NCBI GenBank assembly: GCA_045541535.1 | Contig: JAZQJG010000034.1 | Location: 86,143-150,142, forward strand | Length of the DNA stretch: 64,000 nt | Reading direction: 5' to 3' | Source of the DNA: Eubacteriales bacterium | GTDB taxonomy: Bacteria; Bacillota; Clostridia; Oscillospirales; QAKW01 | Shown: positions 34,732 through 44,663 of the stretch, piece after piece | How positions within the stretch are numbered: the first letter of the stretch is position 1 | Layout: each line of letters opens with the position of its first letter | Notes under the pieces: model-generated | Databases searched by the model: none | Told to the model about the DNA's origin: nothing | The model's input: only the letters and a program-made list of their open reading frames with translations | Program-made: the position numbers and the translations under genes

Positions 34732-36030
34732 CTACAGAATTATTTCATACACCAGCGGTCCGAGCTTCGGTTGCTCCGTTCCGATTACAAAAGCATTCTC
34801 CACAACGTCTTTACATTTTTGTGATACGCTGAGGTTTGTATGCAATGTGCAAAGAAGATCGCCTTGTTGCACATACGCTCCCGGTTTGACGTTCAAAACA
34901 ATGCCTGCGCTGTGGTCAATCACGTCGTTCTTGGTTGCGCGCCCAGCGCCCAATTCTACAGAGCACAGACCAATTTTTTCGGCATTTACCGATTGGACGT
35001 ATCCGGCCTTCTTTGCACAAACATTAACTGTATTGCGTGCCATGCTGAATTGTTCCGGATGATCAACGTAGGAGGCATCCCCCCCTTGTTCAGCAATCCA
35101 TTCTTTCATTTTTGCCAGTGCCGCGCCGGAGCAAAGCGCTTCCATCACACGACGTTCGGCCTCTTCCTGCGACAAAGCAAAAGTAATTGCAACCATTTGA
35201 CAACTCAAAGCCTTACAAATTTCAAACAAATCATCCTTGCTTTCACCCTTAAGTACAGAAATGGCTTCCTTTACCTCCAAGGCATTGCCTACGGCGTTAC
35301 CCAACGGCATATCCATGTTGGTAATCAGCGCCGCCATATTACGTCCGCATTTCTTGCCGATTTCCACCATCGACTCCGCCAGTTTTTTCGCCTCTTCGGG
35401 GGTTTTCATAAAAGCGCCACTGCCAACCTTGACATCCAATACAATATTGTGCGAGCCGGCCGCCAGTTTTTTGGACATTATGCTTGCCGTAATCAGCGGA
35501 ATACTGTCCACCGTTGCTGTGACGTCACGCAAAGCATATAATTTTTTATCAGCAGGCGTTAAGTTACCGCTTTGTCCAATAACAGCAATCCCAATCCGGC
35601 CCACTTGATGCAAAAACGCTTCGCCACTCATTGTCGTTTGATACCCCGGAAAGGATTCCAATTTGTCAACCGTCCCACCGGTATGACCCAATCCTCTGCC
35701 GGACATTTTGCTGACCTTTGCGCCGCAAGCTGCAACGATCGGCCCCACGATAAGCGACGTTTTGTCTCCAACGCCACCGGTGCTGTGTTTGTCTACAGAA
35801 AGCGTACCGAAAACAGATAGATCCAACTGATCTCCCGAAGCGGCCATCGCCGCCGTCAGCCAAGAAATTTCATCATCATTCATCCCTTGAAAATAAATCG
35901 CCATCATCAACGCAGAAGCCTGATAATCGGGAATGTTCTCAGCCGTATACTCTCTTACAAAATAGTCAATCTCTTCTTTGGACAAGTTCAGACCGTCGCG
36001 TTTCTTTTGTATAATATCATACATTCTCAT
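34732..36030 (-). CDS. pdp: Pyrimidine-nucleoside (thymidine) phosphorylase
   Basis: Motif VDKHSTGGVGDKTSL; 432 aa. Confidence 0.93.
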   Translation of the reverse strand: MRMYDIIQKKRDGLNLSKEEIDYFVREYTAENIPDYQASALMMAIYFQGMNDDEISWLTAAMAASGDQLDLSVFGTLSVDKHSTGGVGDKTSLIVGPIVAACGAKVSKMSGRGLGHTGGTVDKLESFPGYQTTMSGEAFLHQVGRIGIAVIGQSGNLTPADKKLYALRDVTATVDSIPLITASIMSKKLAAGSHNIVLDVKVGSGAFMKTPEEAKKLAESMVEIGKKCGRNMAALITNMDMPLGNAVGNALEVKEAISVLKGESKDDLFEICKALSCQMVAITFALSQEEAERRVMEALCSGAALAKMKEWIAEQGGDASYVDHPEQFSMARNTVNVCAKKAGYVQSVNAEKIGLCSVELGAGRATKNDVIDHSAGIVLNVKPGAYVQQGDLLCTLHTNLSVSQKCKDVVENAFVIGTEQPKLGPLVYEIIL

Positions 36031-36042
36031 AGCAGATCTCTC

Positions 36043-36447
36043 CTAAAGACAATCACCGGAAAACGATTGGGGCAACAGTTCCCCTAGCGTGCTTCGGGTA
36101 AAGGCATCAGTTCCTGTAATCAACAAAATGGGAAAGTCAGGACCGCAAAACTCCGCAAGTGCCTGTCTGCAGACACCGCAAGGCGTGATACCATTTTGAA
36201 TCACACCATTTTTCCCGCCGACCAGCGCCAGCATTTGAAAATTGCGCTTTCCCTCACTGACCGCCTTAAACAGTGCAGTTCGCTCTGCACAAACCGTCAC
36301 GGAATATGAAGAATTTTCAATATTACACCCACTATATATTTTCCCCTCCGTTGTCAGCAACGCTGCGCCAACCATAAAACCGGAATAGGGTGCGTATGCC
36401 GCTTTCATTGCAGAAATTGCCGCTTCGCAAAGTTTCCGTTCGATCAT
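36043..36447 (-). CDS. cdd: Cytidine deaminase
   Basis: Zinc motifs CAERTALFKAV and PCGVCRQ. The likely start is the ATG at 36447 (MIERKL). Confidence 0.9.
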   Translation of the reverse strand: MIERKLCEAAISAMKAAYAPYSGFMVGAALLTTEGKIYSGCNIENSSYSVTVCAERTALFKAVSEGKRNFQMLALVGGKNGVIQNGITPCGVCRQALAEFCGPDFPILLITGTDAFTRSTLGELLPQSFSGDCL

Positions 36448-36458
36448 TTTCTTGCCTC

Positions 36459-37607
36459 CTAAATCATAGAAGTACCGATGCAATCAAACGGAACTTCAAG
36501 ATATTTTGTCACCGTAGCCGCTATATCGGCAAACGTTTCTCTGGTACCAAGATTGGTGGGATCAACGTTTTGACCGAAACAAAGGAACGGCGTATATTCT
36601 CTGGTATGATCAGTACTGTCGTCACCGGGATCACAGCCGTGATCCGCAGTAATCATCAAAAGGTCGTTTTGTTTCATCCCTTCTAATAATGAAGGAATCC
36701 ATGCATCAAATGCCGAAAGCGCCGCCGCATAACCGTCAATATCCTGCCTGTGACCATACAGCATATCAAAGTCCACCAAATTGATAAAGCAAAGTCCCTC
36801 AAATTCTTCTTTTTGAAGCTCCAAGGCCATTTTCATACCTTCAGTGTTGGAATGTGTCGGATAGGAATGACTAATTCCTTGTCCGGCAAATATATCCGAG
36901 ATTTTGCCAACTGAATATACCTTTTTGTTTGCCGCCACAACTGCATCCAGCATCGTTGAAGTAAAAGGAGGAAGTGAAAAATCTTTTCGGTTGGCCGTGC
37001 GAGTAAAAGAAGGTGCCTCCCCCGTGAATGGTCGTGCGATCACTCTTCCAACACCGTGCTCACCCTGTAAAAGTTTGCGGGCCATACGGCAGTAATCATA
37101 CAGCTGATCCAGCGGCACAATGCTTTCGTGTGCGGCAATTTGGAAGACGCTGTCAGCAGAAGTATAAACGATCAAATCACCGGTTTTCAAATGTTCTTCG
37201 CCGAAATCAGCAATGACCTGGGTACCGGAATAGGGTTGATTACACAAAATGCCTCTCCCCACCTCTTTGGAAAATTGCTCAAGTATCGTGGCGGGAAAGC
37301 CATCCGGATATGTCGGCATAGGATTCTGGGAGATTAGGCCTGCAATTTCCCAATGACCGATGGTCGTATCCTTCCCCATTGATTTTTCACTCAAACGCGC
37401 ATACAAAGCGGTCGGACATTTCGTTTGCTCCAAGCAAGACACGCCATCAATATTACCGAGACCCATCTTGATCAAATTCGGAATATGACATTTTTTTGAC
37501 GAAGAAACTCTGGCAAGCGTATTACAGTTTTTATCTCCAAATAATTCCGCATCGGCCATTTGCCCGATCCCAAAAGAATCCAACACAATTAAAAACACGC
37601 GTTTCAT
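36459..37607 (-). CDS. deoB: Phosphopentomutase
   Basis: Motifs LIVLDSFGIG and ITADHGCDP. The likely start is the ATG at 37607 (MKRVFLIV). Confidence 0.93.
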   Translation of the reverse strand: MKRVFLIVLDSFGIGQMADAELFGDKNCNTLARVSSSKKCHIPNLIKMGLGNIDGVSCLEQTKCPTALYARLSEKSMGKDTTIGHWEIAGLISQNPMPTYPDGFPATILEQFSKEVGRGILCNQPYSGTQVIADFGEEHLKTGDLIVYTSADSVFQIAAHESIVPLDQLYDYCRMARKLLQGEHGVGRVIARPFTGEAPSFTRTANRKDFSLPPFTSTMLDAVVAANKKVYSVGKISDIFAGQGISHSYPTHSNTEGMKMALELQKEEFEGLCFINLVDFDMLYGHRQDIDGYAAALSAFDAWIPSLLEGMKQNDLLMITADHGCDPGDDSTDHTREYTPFLCFGQNVDPTNLGTRETFADIAATVTKYLEVPFDCIGTSMI

Positions 37608-37649
37608 TACATTCACCTCATCAAAAGCCACGAATCAAAATTACCATCA

Positions 37650-38333
37650 TCAATAGGAGCTTTCATTTCCTTCTTCATTATTATGATTCTTTACAATCTT
37701 TACAATACGGCTGGTGCCCAGGCGTGAAGCCCCTAAAGCAATAAAATATTCAGCATCGTCAAGGGATGCTATGCCGCCGGCGGCCTTGATTTGCACGTGT
37801 GGCGCCACGTGTTGGGCAAACAACGCAATATCTTCTTTTGTAGCGCCGCCCTTTGAAAAGCCCGTGGAAGTTTTGATAAAATCAGCGCCGGAGGCCGATA
37901 CGATTTGACACATCTGGATTTTTTCGCATTCGCTGAGCAAGCAGGTTTCAATAATCACCTTCAAGACCCGATCTCTGCAAGCAGCTCTGAGCGCCTGGAT
38001 CTCTTTTAATACGGCGTCGTAGTTCTTTTCCTTCAGCCAACCGATATTGATAACCATATCAATCTCATCGGCGCCGTTATTCACCGCATCCTCTGCCTCA
38101 AAATACTTTGCAGCCGTAGTCATATATCCGTTAGGAAATCCGATTACCGTGCAAATTTTAAGTTTGTCGCCGACGTACTCCTTGGCTGCCTTGACATAAC
38201 ATGGCGGAATACAAACGGATGCTACGCCATATTTTATACCGTCATCACAAATTTTCCGAATATCAGACCAAGTAGCATCAGGCGCAAGAAGCGTGTGATC
38301 TACCTTATTTAAAATCTCATTCATTTTCATCAA
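37650..38333 (-). CDS. deoC: Deoxyribose-phosphate aldolase
   Basis: VDHTLL, ASVCIPP, and the Schiff-base lysine context FIKTSTGF. Confidence 0.93.
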   Translation of the reverse strand: MMKMNEILNKVDHTLLAPDATWSDIRKICDDGIKYGVASVCIPPCYVKAAKEYVGDKLKICTVIGFPNGYMTTAAKYFEAEDAVNNGADEIDMVINIGWLKEKNYDAVLKEIQALRAACRDRVLKVIIETCLLSECEKIQMCQIVSASGADFIKTSTGFSKGGATKEDIALFAQHVAPHVQIKAAGGIASLDDAEYFIALGASRLGTSRIVKIVKNHNNEEGNESSY

Positions 38334-38365
38334 CCGCCACTCCTTTTATTATTTCTTCTTATTTT

Positions 38366-38394
38366 ATTATATCAAACATTTTATAATGATTCAA
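38366..38394 (-). promoter_or_regulatory. Sigma-A-type promoter for the deoC-deoB-cdd-pdp operon
   Basis: TTGAAT-17 nt-TATAAT on the minus strand. Confidence 0.6.
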
Positions 38395-38397
38395 CAT

Positions 38398-38431
38398 AAA
38401 AAAGACCTTTGCCGTTGCAAAGGTCTTTTTT
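38398..38431 (-). terminator. Intrinsic terminator closing the polysaccharide locus
   Basis: AAAAAAGACCTTTGC-CGTT-GCAAAGGTCTTTTTT directly after the stop at 38432. Confidence 0.85.
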
Positions 38432-39559
38432 CTATAACCCGACTCTGGTTAAAAAGTCAAAAAGTTTTTCTCCCTCTTCCCGTTGAGAAGAACGTCCGAT
38501 AGAAAGATGCTCACTTGCCGTTTTAAATTTTTTCGGATTCAATAGGCGAAGCCAGCGACGGAATTGATACCATAGAAGCAAATGTTTTTTACCTTCCAAA
38601 GAGGGGTACAGTTCTTTTAAATCCTCGTAAGACCAAAACAGCCTGGAAAACAAATAACCCAATTGGCCACCATTTCGTTTTTGTTCAATGGCAACACGAT
38701 TCTTTGTGGTTCCAAACACCGTGCCGTCCATTAAATATGCCTCCATCTGCAATAACAGATCATCCGGTGCTTCATCGGCAAACCAATAGTTCATCAGCTT
38801 GCAAATCTGTAAATAAAATTTATAAATGCCGCTTTGTTGGCATAACCGCTGCAGTTCCTCTTCATCTACTTTCAGATTCTTTTTTAGCAACCACAAATCA
38901 ACAACAAAGCGAACGCCACATCCCCCGTTGGCAAAATGATACGCCGTATGGGTCAATTGATGGAATAAGAAGAAAGTATCGCTCATCACGTACTCACACA
39001 AGCCCTCTTTTTTGGGAGCGGTATGGTCCCATACCGTTGATAATACCTGATCCATTTGTGAGTTCTTTTCAAAAAGGCTGAAATGCAGTTCCAAAAACAG
39101 CCCGTTTTTAGAACGCATAGAAACGTCGTGATAATTTCTGCTCTCAACTGCAAAGCCCAAATGCCGCACTAACGCATTGACAGCCGACTCCAATTGTTCT
39201 CTTTTTACCAAAATATCAACGTCAGATCGGGTGCGCATCCAGGGCTTTGGATAGTAACGATTGGTCACCGAACCCTTCAAAACAACAAAAACGATCTGTT
39301 CTTTTGAAAAGCACGACGACACCGCCTTCAAAATACTTTCATACTGTTCAAAACGATATGCCAGTAGCAATAACTGTTCTTTGGTTTTTGGCGAGATCGC
39401 CAGACAGTCTGATAACAAGGGTAAAATTGCTTGTTTGCGAACGTATTGTAAAATAACGTCAAGGTCTTCCGCTGGAATCATCGGGCTTTGACGATCAATC
39501 CCAAGGGAATAACGAAGGGATTTTACCAAAAGATCATAAAACCTTTTATGTTCCGACAT
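38432..39559 (-). CDS. Uncharacterised nucleotidyltransferase-family protein (NTP_transf_5-like)
   Basis: About 375 aa, soluble, with the pattern ...RSDVDILV...ELHFSLF... typical of the 'uncharacterised nucleotidyltransferase' family. Family assignment is by recollection. The start is the ATG at 39559, giving a TGATG overlap with fnlC. Confidence 0.55.
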   Translation of the reverse strand: MSEHKRFYDLLVKSLRYSLGIDRQSPMIPAEDLDVILQYVRKQAILPLLSDCLAISPKTKEQLLLLAYRFEQYESILKAVSSCFSKEQIVFVVLKGSVTNRYYPKPWMRTRSDVDILVKREQLESAVNALVRHLGFAVESRNYHDVSMRSKNGLFLELHFSLFEKNSQMDQVLSTVWDHTAPKKEGLCEYVMSDTFFLFHQLTHTAYHFANGGCGVRFVVDLWLLKKNLKVDEEELQRLCQQSGIYKFYLQICKLMNYWFADEAPDDLLLQMEAYLMDGTVFGTTKNRVAIEQKRNGGQLGYLFSRLFWSYEDLKELYPSLEGKKHLLLWYQFRRWLRLLNPKKFKTASEHLSIGRSSQREEGEKLFDFLTRVGL

Positions 39560-40743
39560 CAGAATTTTCTCCAAACCATTTTATTAACAACACCGGTGTA
39601 GGATTGAATGATTTTGACCACCTTAGTAGACACGTTTTCTTCCACATAGGTAGGAACGGGAATACCAAAATCGCCGTTTTTATTCATTTCCAGCGCCGTA
39701 TCAACGGCTTGGAGCAATGAATTCTCATCAATGCCGGCCAAAATAAAGCACGCCTTATCCAGAGCCTCGGGACGCTCGGTAGAGGTGCGGATACACACCG
39801 CCGGAAAAGGCTTGCCAACAGAGGTGAAGAAAGAACTTTCCTCCGGCAAGGTACCGCTATCAGAAATCACAGCAAAGGCATTGGATTGCAAGCAGTTATA
39901 ATCGTGAAAGCCCAGAGGCTCGTGCTGAATCACCAAGGGATGCAGTTTAAAGCCGGTCTCCTGTAAACGCTTTTTGGAACGAGGATGGCAGGAATACAAA
40001 ATCGGAAGTCCATACTTTTCAGCCATAGCATTAATCGCATTAAACAGAGAAAGAAAATTCTTCTCGGTATCAATATTCTCCTCACGATGGGCAGACAAAA
40101 GGATATATTTCCCCTTCTCCAGCCCCAGGTGATTATGAATGTCACTGGCCTCAATTTCTGCAAGATTAGCGTGCAACACTTCCGCCATAGGAGAACCCGT
40201 AACATAGGTACGCTCCTTGGGCAAACCGCATTCATGGAGATAACGACGAGCATGCTCGGAATAGGCCAGATTTACGTCGGAGATAATATCAACGATTCTG
40301 CGATTGGTTTCTTCCGGAAGACACTCGTCCTTACAGCGATTACCGGCCTCCATATGAAAAATCGGGATATGCAGACGCTTTGCCGCAATGGCAGACAGAC
40401 AAGAATTGGTATCCCCCAAAATCAGCAAAGCATCCGGCTTGATCTGATTCATCAATTTATAGGAACAATTGATAATGTTACCCACTGTAGCGCCCAGATC
40501 GTCGCCCACCGCATCCATATAAACTTCAGGCTGTTCCAATTTGAGATCTCTAAAAAACACGCCGTTTAAATTGTAATCATAATTTTGACCGGTGTGGGCC
40601 AGAATACAATCAAAATATTTACGGCATTTGTTGATCACAGCCGCCAGACGAATAATTTCAGGACGGGTACCGACAATGATCAACAGTTTCAGCTTCCCGT
40701 TATTTTGAAACTTAATGTCGGAATAATCCAATTTAATATCCAT
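39559..40743 (-). CDS. fnlC: UDP-N-acetylglucosamine 2-epimerase family (FnlC/CapG-like, UDP-L-FucNAc pathway)
   Basis: Non-hydrolysing 2-epimerase fold (LLIIVGTRPEIIRLA, HMEAGNR), third in a capE-capF-capG-type gene order. Confidence 0.8.
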   Translation of the reverse strand: MDIKLDYSDIKFQNNGKLKLLIIVGTRPEIIRLAAVINKCRKYFDCILAHTGQNYDYNLNGVFFRDLKLEQPEVYMDAVGDDLGATVGNIINCSYKLMNQIKPDALLILGDTNSCLSAIAAKRLHIPIFHMEAGNRCKDECLPEETNRRIVDIISDVNLAYSEHARRYLHECGLPKERTYVTGSPMAEVLHANLAEIEASDIHNHLGLEKGKYILLSAHREENIDTEKNFLSLFNAINAMAEKYGLPILYSCHPRSKKRLQETGFKLHPLVIQHEPLGFHDYNCLQSNAFAVISDSGTLPEESSFFTSVGKPFPAVCIRTSTERPEALDKACFILAGIDENSLLQAVDTALEMNKNGDFGIPVPTYVEENVSTKVVKIIQSYTGVVNKMVWRKF

Positions 40744-41945
40744 TATTTTACCACCTCAAAAAAAGTATCGGGACGATTGGGATCAAAGCATTCATTGGCC
40801 CACATAACCGTCACCAGGTCTTGTGTATCCGAAAGGTTAATAATGTTATGAGTATAGCCCGGCAGCATATGCACTGCTTGAATCTTTTCGCCGCTCACCT
40901 CAAACTCCAAGACCTCATCGCTTCCGATTTTGCGCTGTTGAATCAATCCGTGACCGGCAACCACAATAAAGAATTCCCATTTGGAGTGATGCCAATGCTG
41001 ACCTTTGGTAATACCGGGTTTAGAAATATTCACAGAGAATTGACCGCAGTTTTTGGTTCGAAGCAATTCCGTAAAACTACCACGATCGTCGCAGTTCATT
41101 TTCAAATCAAAGCTCACCTTTTCCGCCGGCAGATAAGAAAGATAAGTAGAATACAACTTTTTAGCAAAGGAGTTTTCGGAAATTTCCGGCATCAATAAGG
41201 TTTGTGGCTGTTCTTTGAATACGTCAAGCAGGTCGGAAATTTCACCCAAAGTCACGTGATGGGTACAGGGGACGTAGCAAAACTCACCGTTTTCATCCGA
41301 GACTGCTTGCAAGCCCTCATAGTGGCAACGATGTACTTTTCCTTTCAGAGCATTGATCATTGCCAAAACCAGATCGTCAATATACAACAACTCCAGTTCA
41401 ATTGCCGGGTCATTGACAGTGATCGGCAAGCCATTTGCAATATTATAGCAAAACGTGGCCACAGCACTGTTATAATTCGGGTGACACCATTTGCCAAACA
41501 AATTGGGAAAACGGTAAACGTATACCGACGCTCCGCTTTCTTTGCCGTAGGCGAAGAATAACTCCTCCCCTGCCTTTTTGCTCTTTCCGTACTCTCCATC
41601 AGCATATCGGCCAATCAGGGTTGCTTGTAAAGAACTGGAGAGCATAACCGGGCAATTGTTTCCGGCCTTTTTCAGTTCCTCCAAAAGCAAGGAACTAAAG
41701 CCAAAATTACCTTTCATAAACTCTGCCGGATCCTCAGGGCGGTTAACACCCGCCAAATGAAATACAAAATCGGCTTTTTTGCAATATTGGGGCAACAGCG
41801 CGGGATCGGTATCCAAATCATACAGATACAATTCATCAATCTGTAACCCCGGGTGGGTGGGATCTTTATTATCTCTAATATTCTGCAGTGCGGCAGATAA
41901 GTTTTTTCCAACAAAGCCTGCGGCACCTGTGATTAGTACGTTCAT
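40743..41945 (-). CDS. fnlB: CapF/FnlB-like bifunctional reductase (N-terminal SDR + C-terminal cupin)
   Basis: Rossmann motif ITGAAGFVGKNL and a C-terminal cupin (QHWHHSKWEFFIVVAGHG). Confidence 0.8.
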   Translation of the reverse strand: MNVLITGAAGFVGKNLSAALQNIRDNKDPTHPGLQIDELYLYDLDTDPALLPQYCKKADFVFHLAGVNRPEDPAEFMKGNFGFSSLLLEELKKAGNNCPVMLSSSLQATLIGRYADGEYGKSKKAGEELFFAYGKESGASVYVYRFPNLFGKWCHPNYNSAVATFCYNIANGLPITVNDPAIELELLYIDDLVLAMINALKGKVHRCHYEGLQAVSDENGEFCYVPCTHHVTLGEISDLLDVFKEQPQTLLMPEISENSFAKKLYSTYLSYLPAEKVSFDLKMNCDDRGSFTELLRTKNCGQFSVNISKPGITKGQHWHHSKWEFFIVVAGHGLIQQRKIGSDEVLEFEVSGEKIQAVHMLPGYTHNIINLSDTQDLVTVMWANECFDPNRPDTFFEVVK

Positions 41946-41950
41946 ATTGG

Positions 41951-43003
41951 TTACTCCACAGTTTCCAAATTGGCAAGTTCATCACGAATGTATTGCAATT
42001 CCAACAATTTTTCCTTCACCTGTTCAACGTTTAAAAGATCAGTATTGTTGGAATTGAATTCGGTCAAAGGATTTCGGCTCACGTCACCGTCGGTAAAATA
42101 CTTGTCGTAGTTCAAACCGCGTTTGTCGCTGGGCACTCTGTAAAAATCGCCCAGATCAATAGCACCGGCACATTCCTCGTTGGTAAGCAAAGTTTCGTAC
42201 ATCTTCTCGCCGTGGCGAATACCAATTACTTTAATATTTTCTTCTTTGCCGCCAAAAAGCTCGCAAACGGCTTTCGCCAATACGCCAATGGTACACGCAG
42301 GCGCTTTCTGAACCAAAATATCGCCGCTGGTGCCGTATTCAAAAGCAAACAGCACCAGGTCAACCGCTTCCTCCAAAGACATAATAAACCGCGTCATTTC
42401 GGGTTCGGTCAGCGTAATTGGTTGTCCATTTTTGATTTGTTCAATCCACAACGGAATAACCGAACCTCTGGAACACATTACGTTACCGTAGCGAGTACAG
42501 CAAATCTTTGTCTTATCGGGAGAAACAGTGCGGGATTTGGCCACCGCTACTTTTTCCATCATCGCTTTGCTGGTGCCCATTGCGTTTACGGGATAAGCAG
42601 CTTTGTCAGTGGACAAACAAATTACGCTTCTTACACCCGCATCAATGGCCGCCGTCAATACGTTATCCGTTCCTAAAACGTTGGTCTTCACCGCCTCTAC
42701 CGGAAAGAACTCGCAGCTAGGCACTTGTTTCAACGCCGCCGCATGAAAGATATAATCCACGCCGTGCATCGCATTACGAACGCTCTGCAAATCCCGCACG
42801 TCGCCGATGTAAAAAGAAATTTTATCCGCATACTGAGGATATTTCACCTGAAAATCGTGGCGCATATCGTCCTGCTTTTTCTCATCGCGAGAAAAAATAC
42901 GAATTTCGCCGATATCCGTTGCCAGAAAACGATTTAAAACTGCGTTACCAAAACTGCCGGTACCGCCGGTTATAAGTAGTGTTTTATTATTAAACTGAGA
43001 CAT
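41951..43003 (-). CDS. fnlA: CapE/FnlA-like UDP-GlcNAc 4,6-dehydratase/5-epimerase
   Basis: LLITGGTGSFGNAVLNRFL and FSRDEKKQ are typical of the FnlA/CapE/PseB-like extended SDR family. Confidence 0.85.
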   Translation of the reverse strand: MSQFNNKTLLITGGTGSFGNAVLNRFLATDIGEIRIFSRDEKKQDDMRHDFQVKYPQYADKISFYIGDVRDLQSVRNAMHGVDYIFHAAALKQVPSCEFFPVEAVKTNVLGTDNVLTAAIDAGVRSVICLSTDKAAYPVNAMGTSKAMMEKVAVAKSRTVSPDKTKICCTRYGNVMCSRGSVIPLWIEQIKNGQPITLTEPEMTRFIMSLEEAVDLVLFAFEYGTSGDILVQKAPACTIGVLAKAVCELFGGKEENIKVIGIRHGEKMYETLLTNEECAGAIDLGDFYRVPSDKRGLNYDKYFTDGDVSRNPLTEFNSNNTDLLNVEQVKEKLLELQYIRDELANLETVE

Positions 43004-43129
43004 AGTTACACACCTCTCTATTAAAATCTTCTAAAAATCATAATTTCCAACGACGCCAGCAGGCGATCGGTCTTGGAAATTATATAACCATGTATTATAC
43101 TTGCAATTATTTGTAAAAATTCATTAGAA

Positions 43130-44662
43130 TTATCTTCTAATCAGTTTTCGTTTCAAGAGGTTTTTAAAATAAATAAACTCTTTTCTTTTGAAGTTTATAA
43201 TCACAAAAACAATATTGTAAACCAATACACAAATGATGCCGTTAATCAAAAAAGCAATTATACCGGTAACGACTCCAAAAATCGGTTTGGTGATGACCAA
43301 ACAAAGAAGGGTTATTGCACTCACAATGAATGCATTTTTAAAATAATTCAGATAATAACGACAAATCCCATCACCAAAAATATTTTTATATAAATAATAT
43401 GGGAACAAAATCACATCCGCTACCAATTGACTGATCAGGGTGCCGACAAATACACCGGTTATCCCCATGAATTGCACCAAAAAAATAGAAAACACTAAAT
43501 TAATAATTGGCTTTATGACAGCAACAATGCGATCCTGTGTATAAAGTCCCCCGGCATTTCGGGTAATCATAATCGCTTGACGAACACCCAAAATATAAAA
43601 GTTAATAATCAATACAATGACGGTAATACGATTTAACAAGTGCCCCTCTCCGGTCCAGATATTCACGAACGGATCAATCAGGCAAATCAAACTGGCAGAC
43701 AGCATACCATAGATCCAAACGCAAACAAAATCGATCTTTTGATATACCTCGTAAATCTTTTCTTTATTGGCAGAAACCATCAGGTTGCCCATGCTGGCAA
43801 CAATGCCATTCAACATTTGACTCACCAGTGCATTGATAGTGGTGATAATCATGCTGTAATTGGAATAAAAGCCGGTTTCCAAAATACCAACAAACTTAGA
43901 AATAATAATGTTGTCGGTACCAAAATTTATAGCAGAACTGACGCTATGAACCAGCAACGCTTTCACTCTGGCAACAATATCCGAATAGGTTTCCTCGGTA
44001 AGTTTGTTGGAAAATCGGATCTTTACGTTTGGATACAGTTTTTTTGCCAAAATGAACTGCGCACCGTTATTGGCAATCGTAATACCAATTTGTATAATCA
44101 AATACACAAAATAGTTATGTACAACAAATAGAGTGATAATTTGGGCAATGCAACCCAGAGAGGAAACGATCATCGAAGAGACTTTGCATATCCAGTCCTT
44201 TTGGTTGGCAAAAAGAATACAGCTTCGGTAGGAAATGAAATAGGAAACCGCATTGTTAAATACCTGCAACAAAAATGCTGTTCGCAAAAAGCTCAGGTCA
44301 AAGATATTATCCTTGATCAAATACTGGATAAAAAAGGAGCAACCAACGCCCGACAGCATAATGATAGAGCCGATAATTGCATATACCTTGGCATAAAAAC
44401 TCATCAAGCGATTGATCTGTTCTTCGTCTCGCTGTTCAACCGCTTTATACATATTGTAAACAATTGCTGTACCTATACCCATCTCGCTTAAAGACAGCAT
44501 AGATAAGATATTGGTGAATAGACCATTTACTCCCAGATATTCATTGCCGAGTTTATAGATAAATACCGTGCGACAAACGAAATTCAAAACCGTTACCAAC
44601 AGTTGACTGGCAACTGATACCGTGCCGTTTCTTATTGAATTTGATAATCTTGATTCTGACAT
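43130..44662 (-). CDS. wzx: Wzx-type oligosaccharide flippase (MOP superfamily)
   Basis: 510 aa with about 14 predicted TM segments in an AT-rich stretch, located inside the glycosyltransferase cluster. Confidence 0.8.
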   Translation of the reverse strand: MSESRLSNSIRNGTVSVASQLLVTVLNFVCRTVFIYKLGNEYLGVNGLFTNILSMLSLSEMGIGTAIVYNMYKAVEQRDEEQINRLMSFYAKVYAIIGSIIMLSGVGCSFFIQYLIKDNIFDLSFLRTAFLLQVFNNAVSYFISYRSCILFANQKDWICKVSSMIVSSLGCIAQIITLFVVHNYFVYLIIQIGITIANNGAQFILAKKLYPNVKIRFSNKLTEETYSDIVARVKALLVHSVSSAINFGTDNIIISKFVGILETGFYSNYSMIITTINALVSQMLNGIVASMGNLMVSANKEKIYEVYQKIDFVCVWIYGMLSASLICLIDPFVNIWTGEGHLLNRITVIVLIINFYILGVRQAIMITRNAGGLYTQDRIVAVIKPIINLVFSIFLVQFMGITGVFVGTLISQLVADVILFPYYLYKNIFGDGICRYYLNYFKNAFIVSAITLLCLVITKPIFGVVTGIIAFLINGIICVLVYNIVFVIINFKRKEFIYFKNLLKRKLIRR

Positions 44663-44663
44663 C

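Noticed and set aside
10429-39559. PqqD-like gene plus the NTP_transf_5-like gene as parts of one RiPP (lasso/sactipeptide-type) cluster.
   Set aside because: The two genes are about 28 kb apart and separated by many housekeeping operons. No radical-SAM enzyme, protease, cyclase, precursor peptide or exporter is linked to either.
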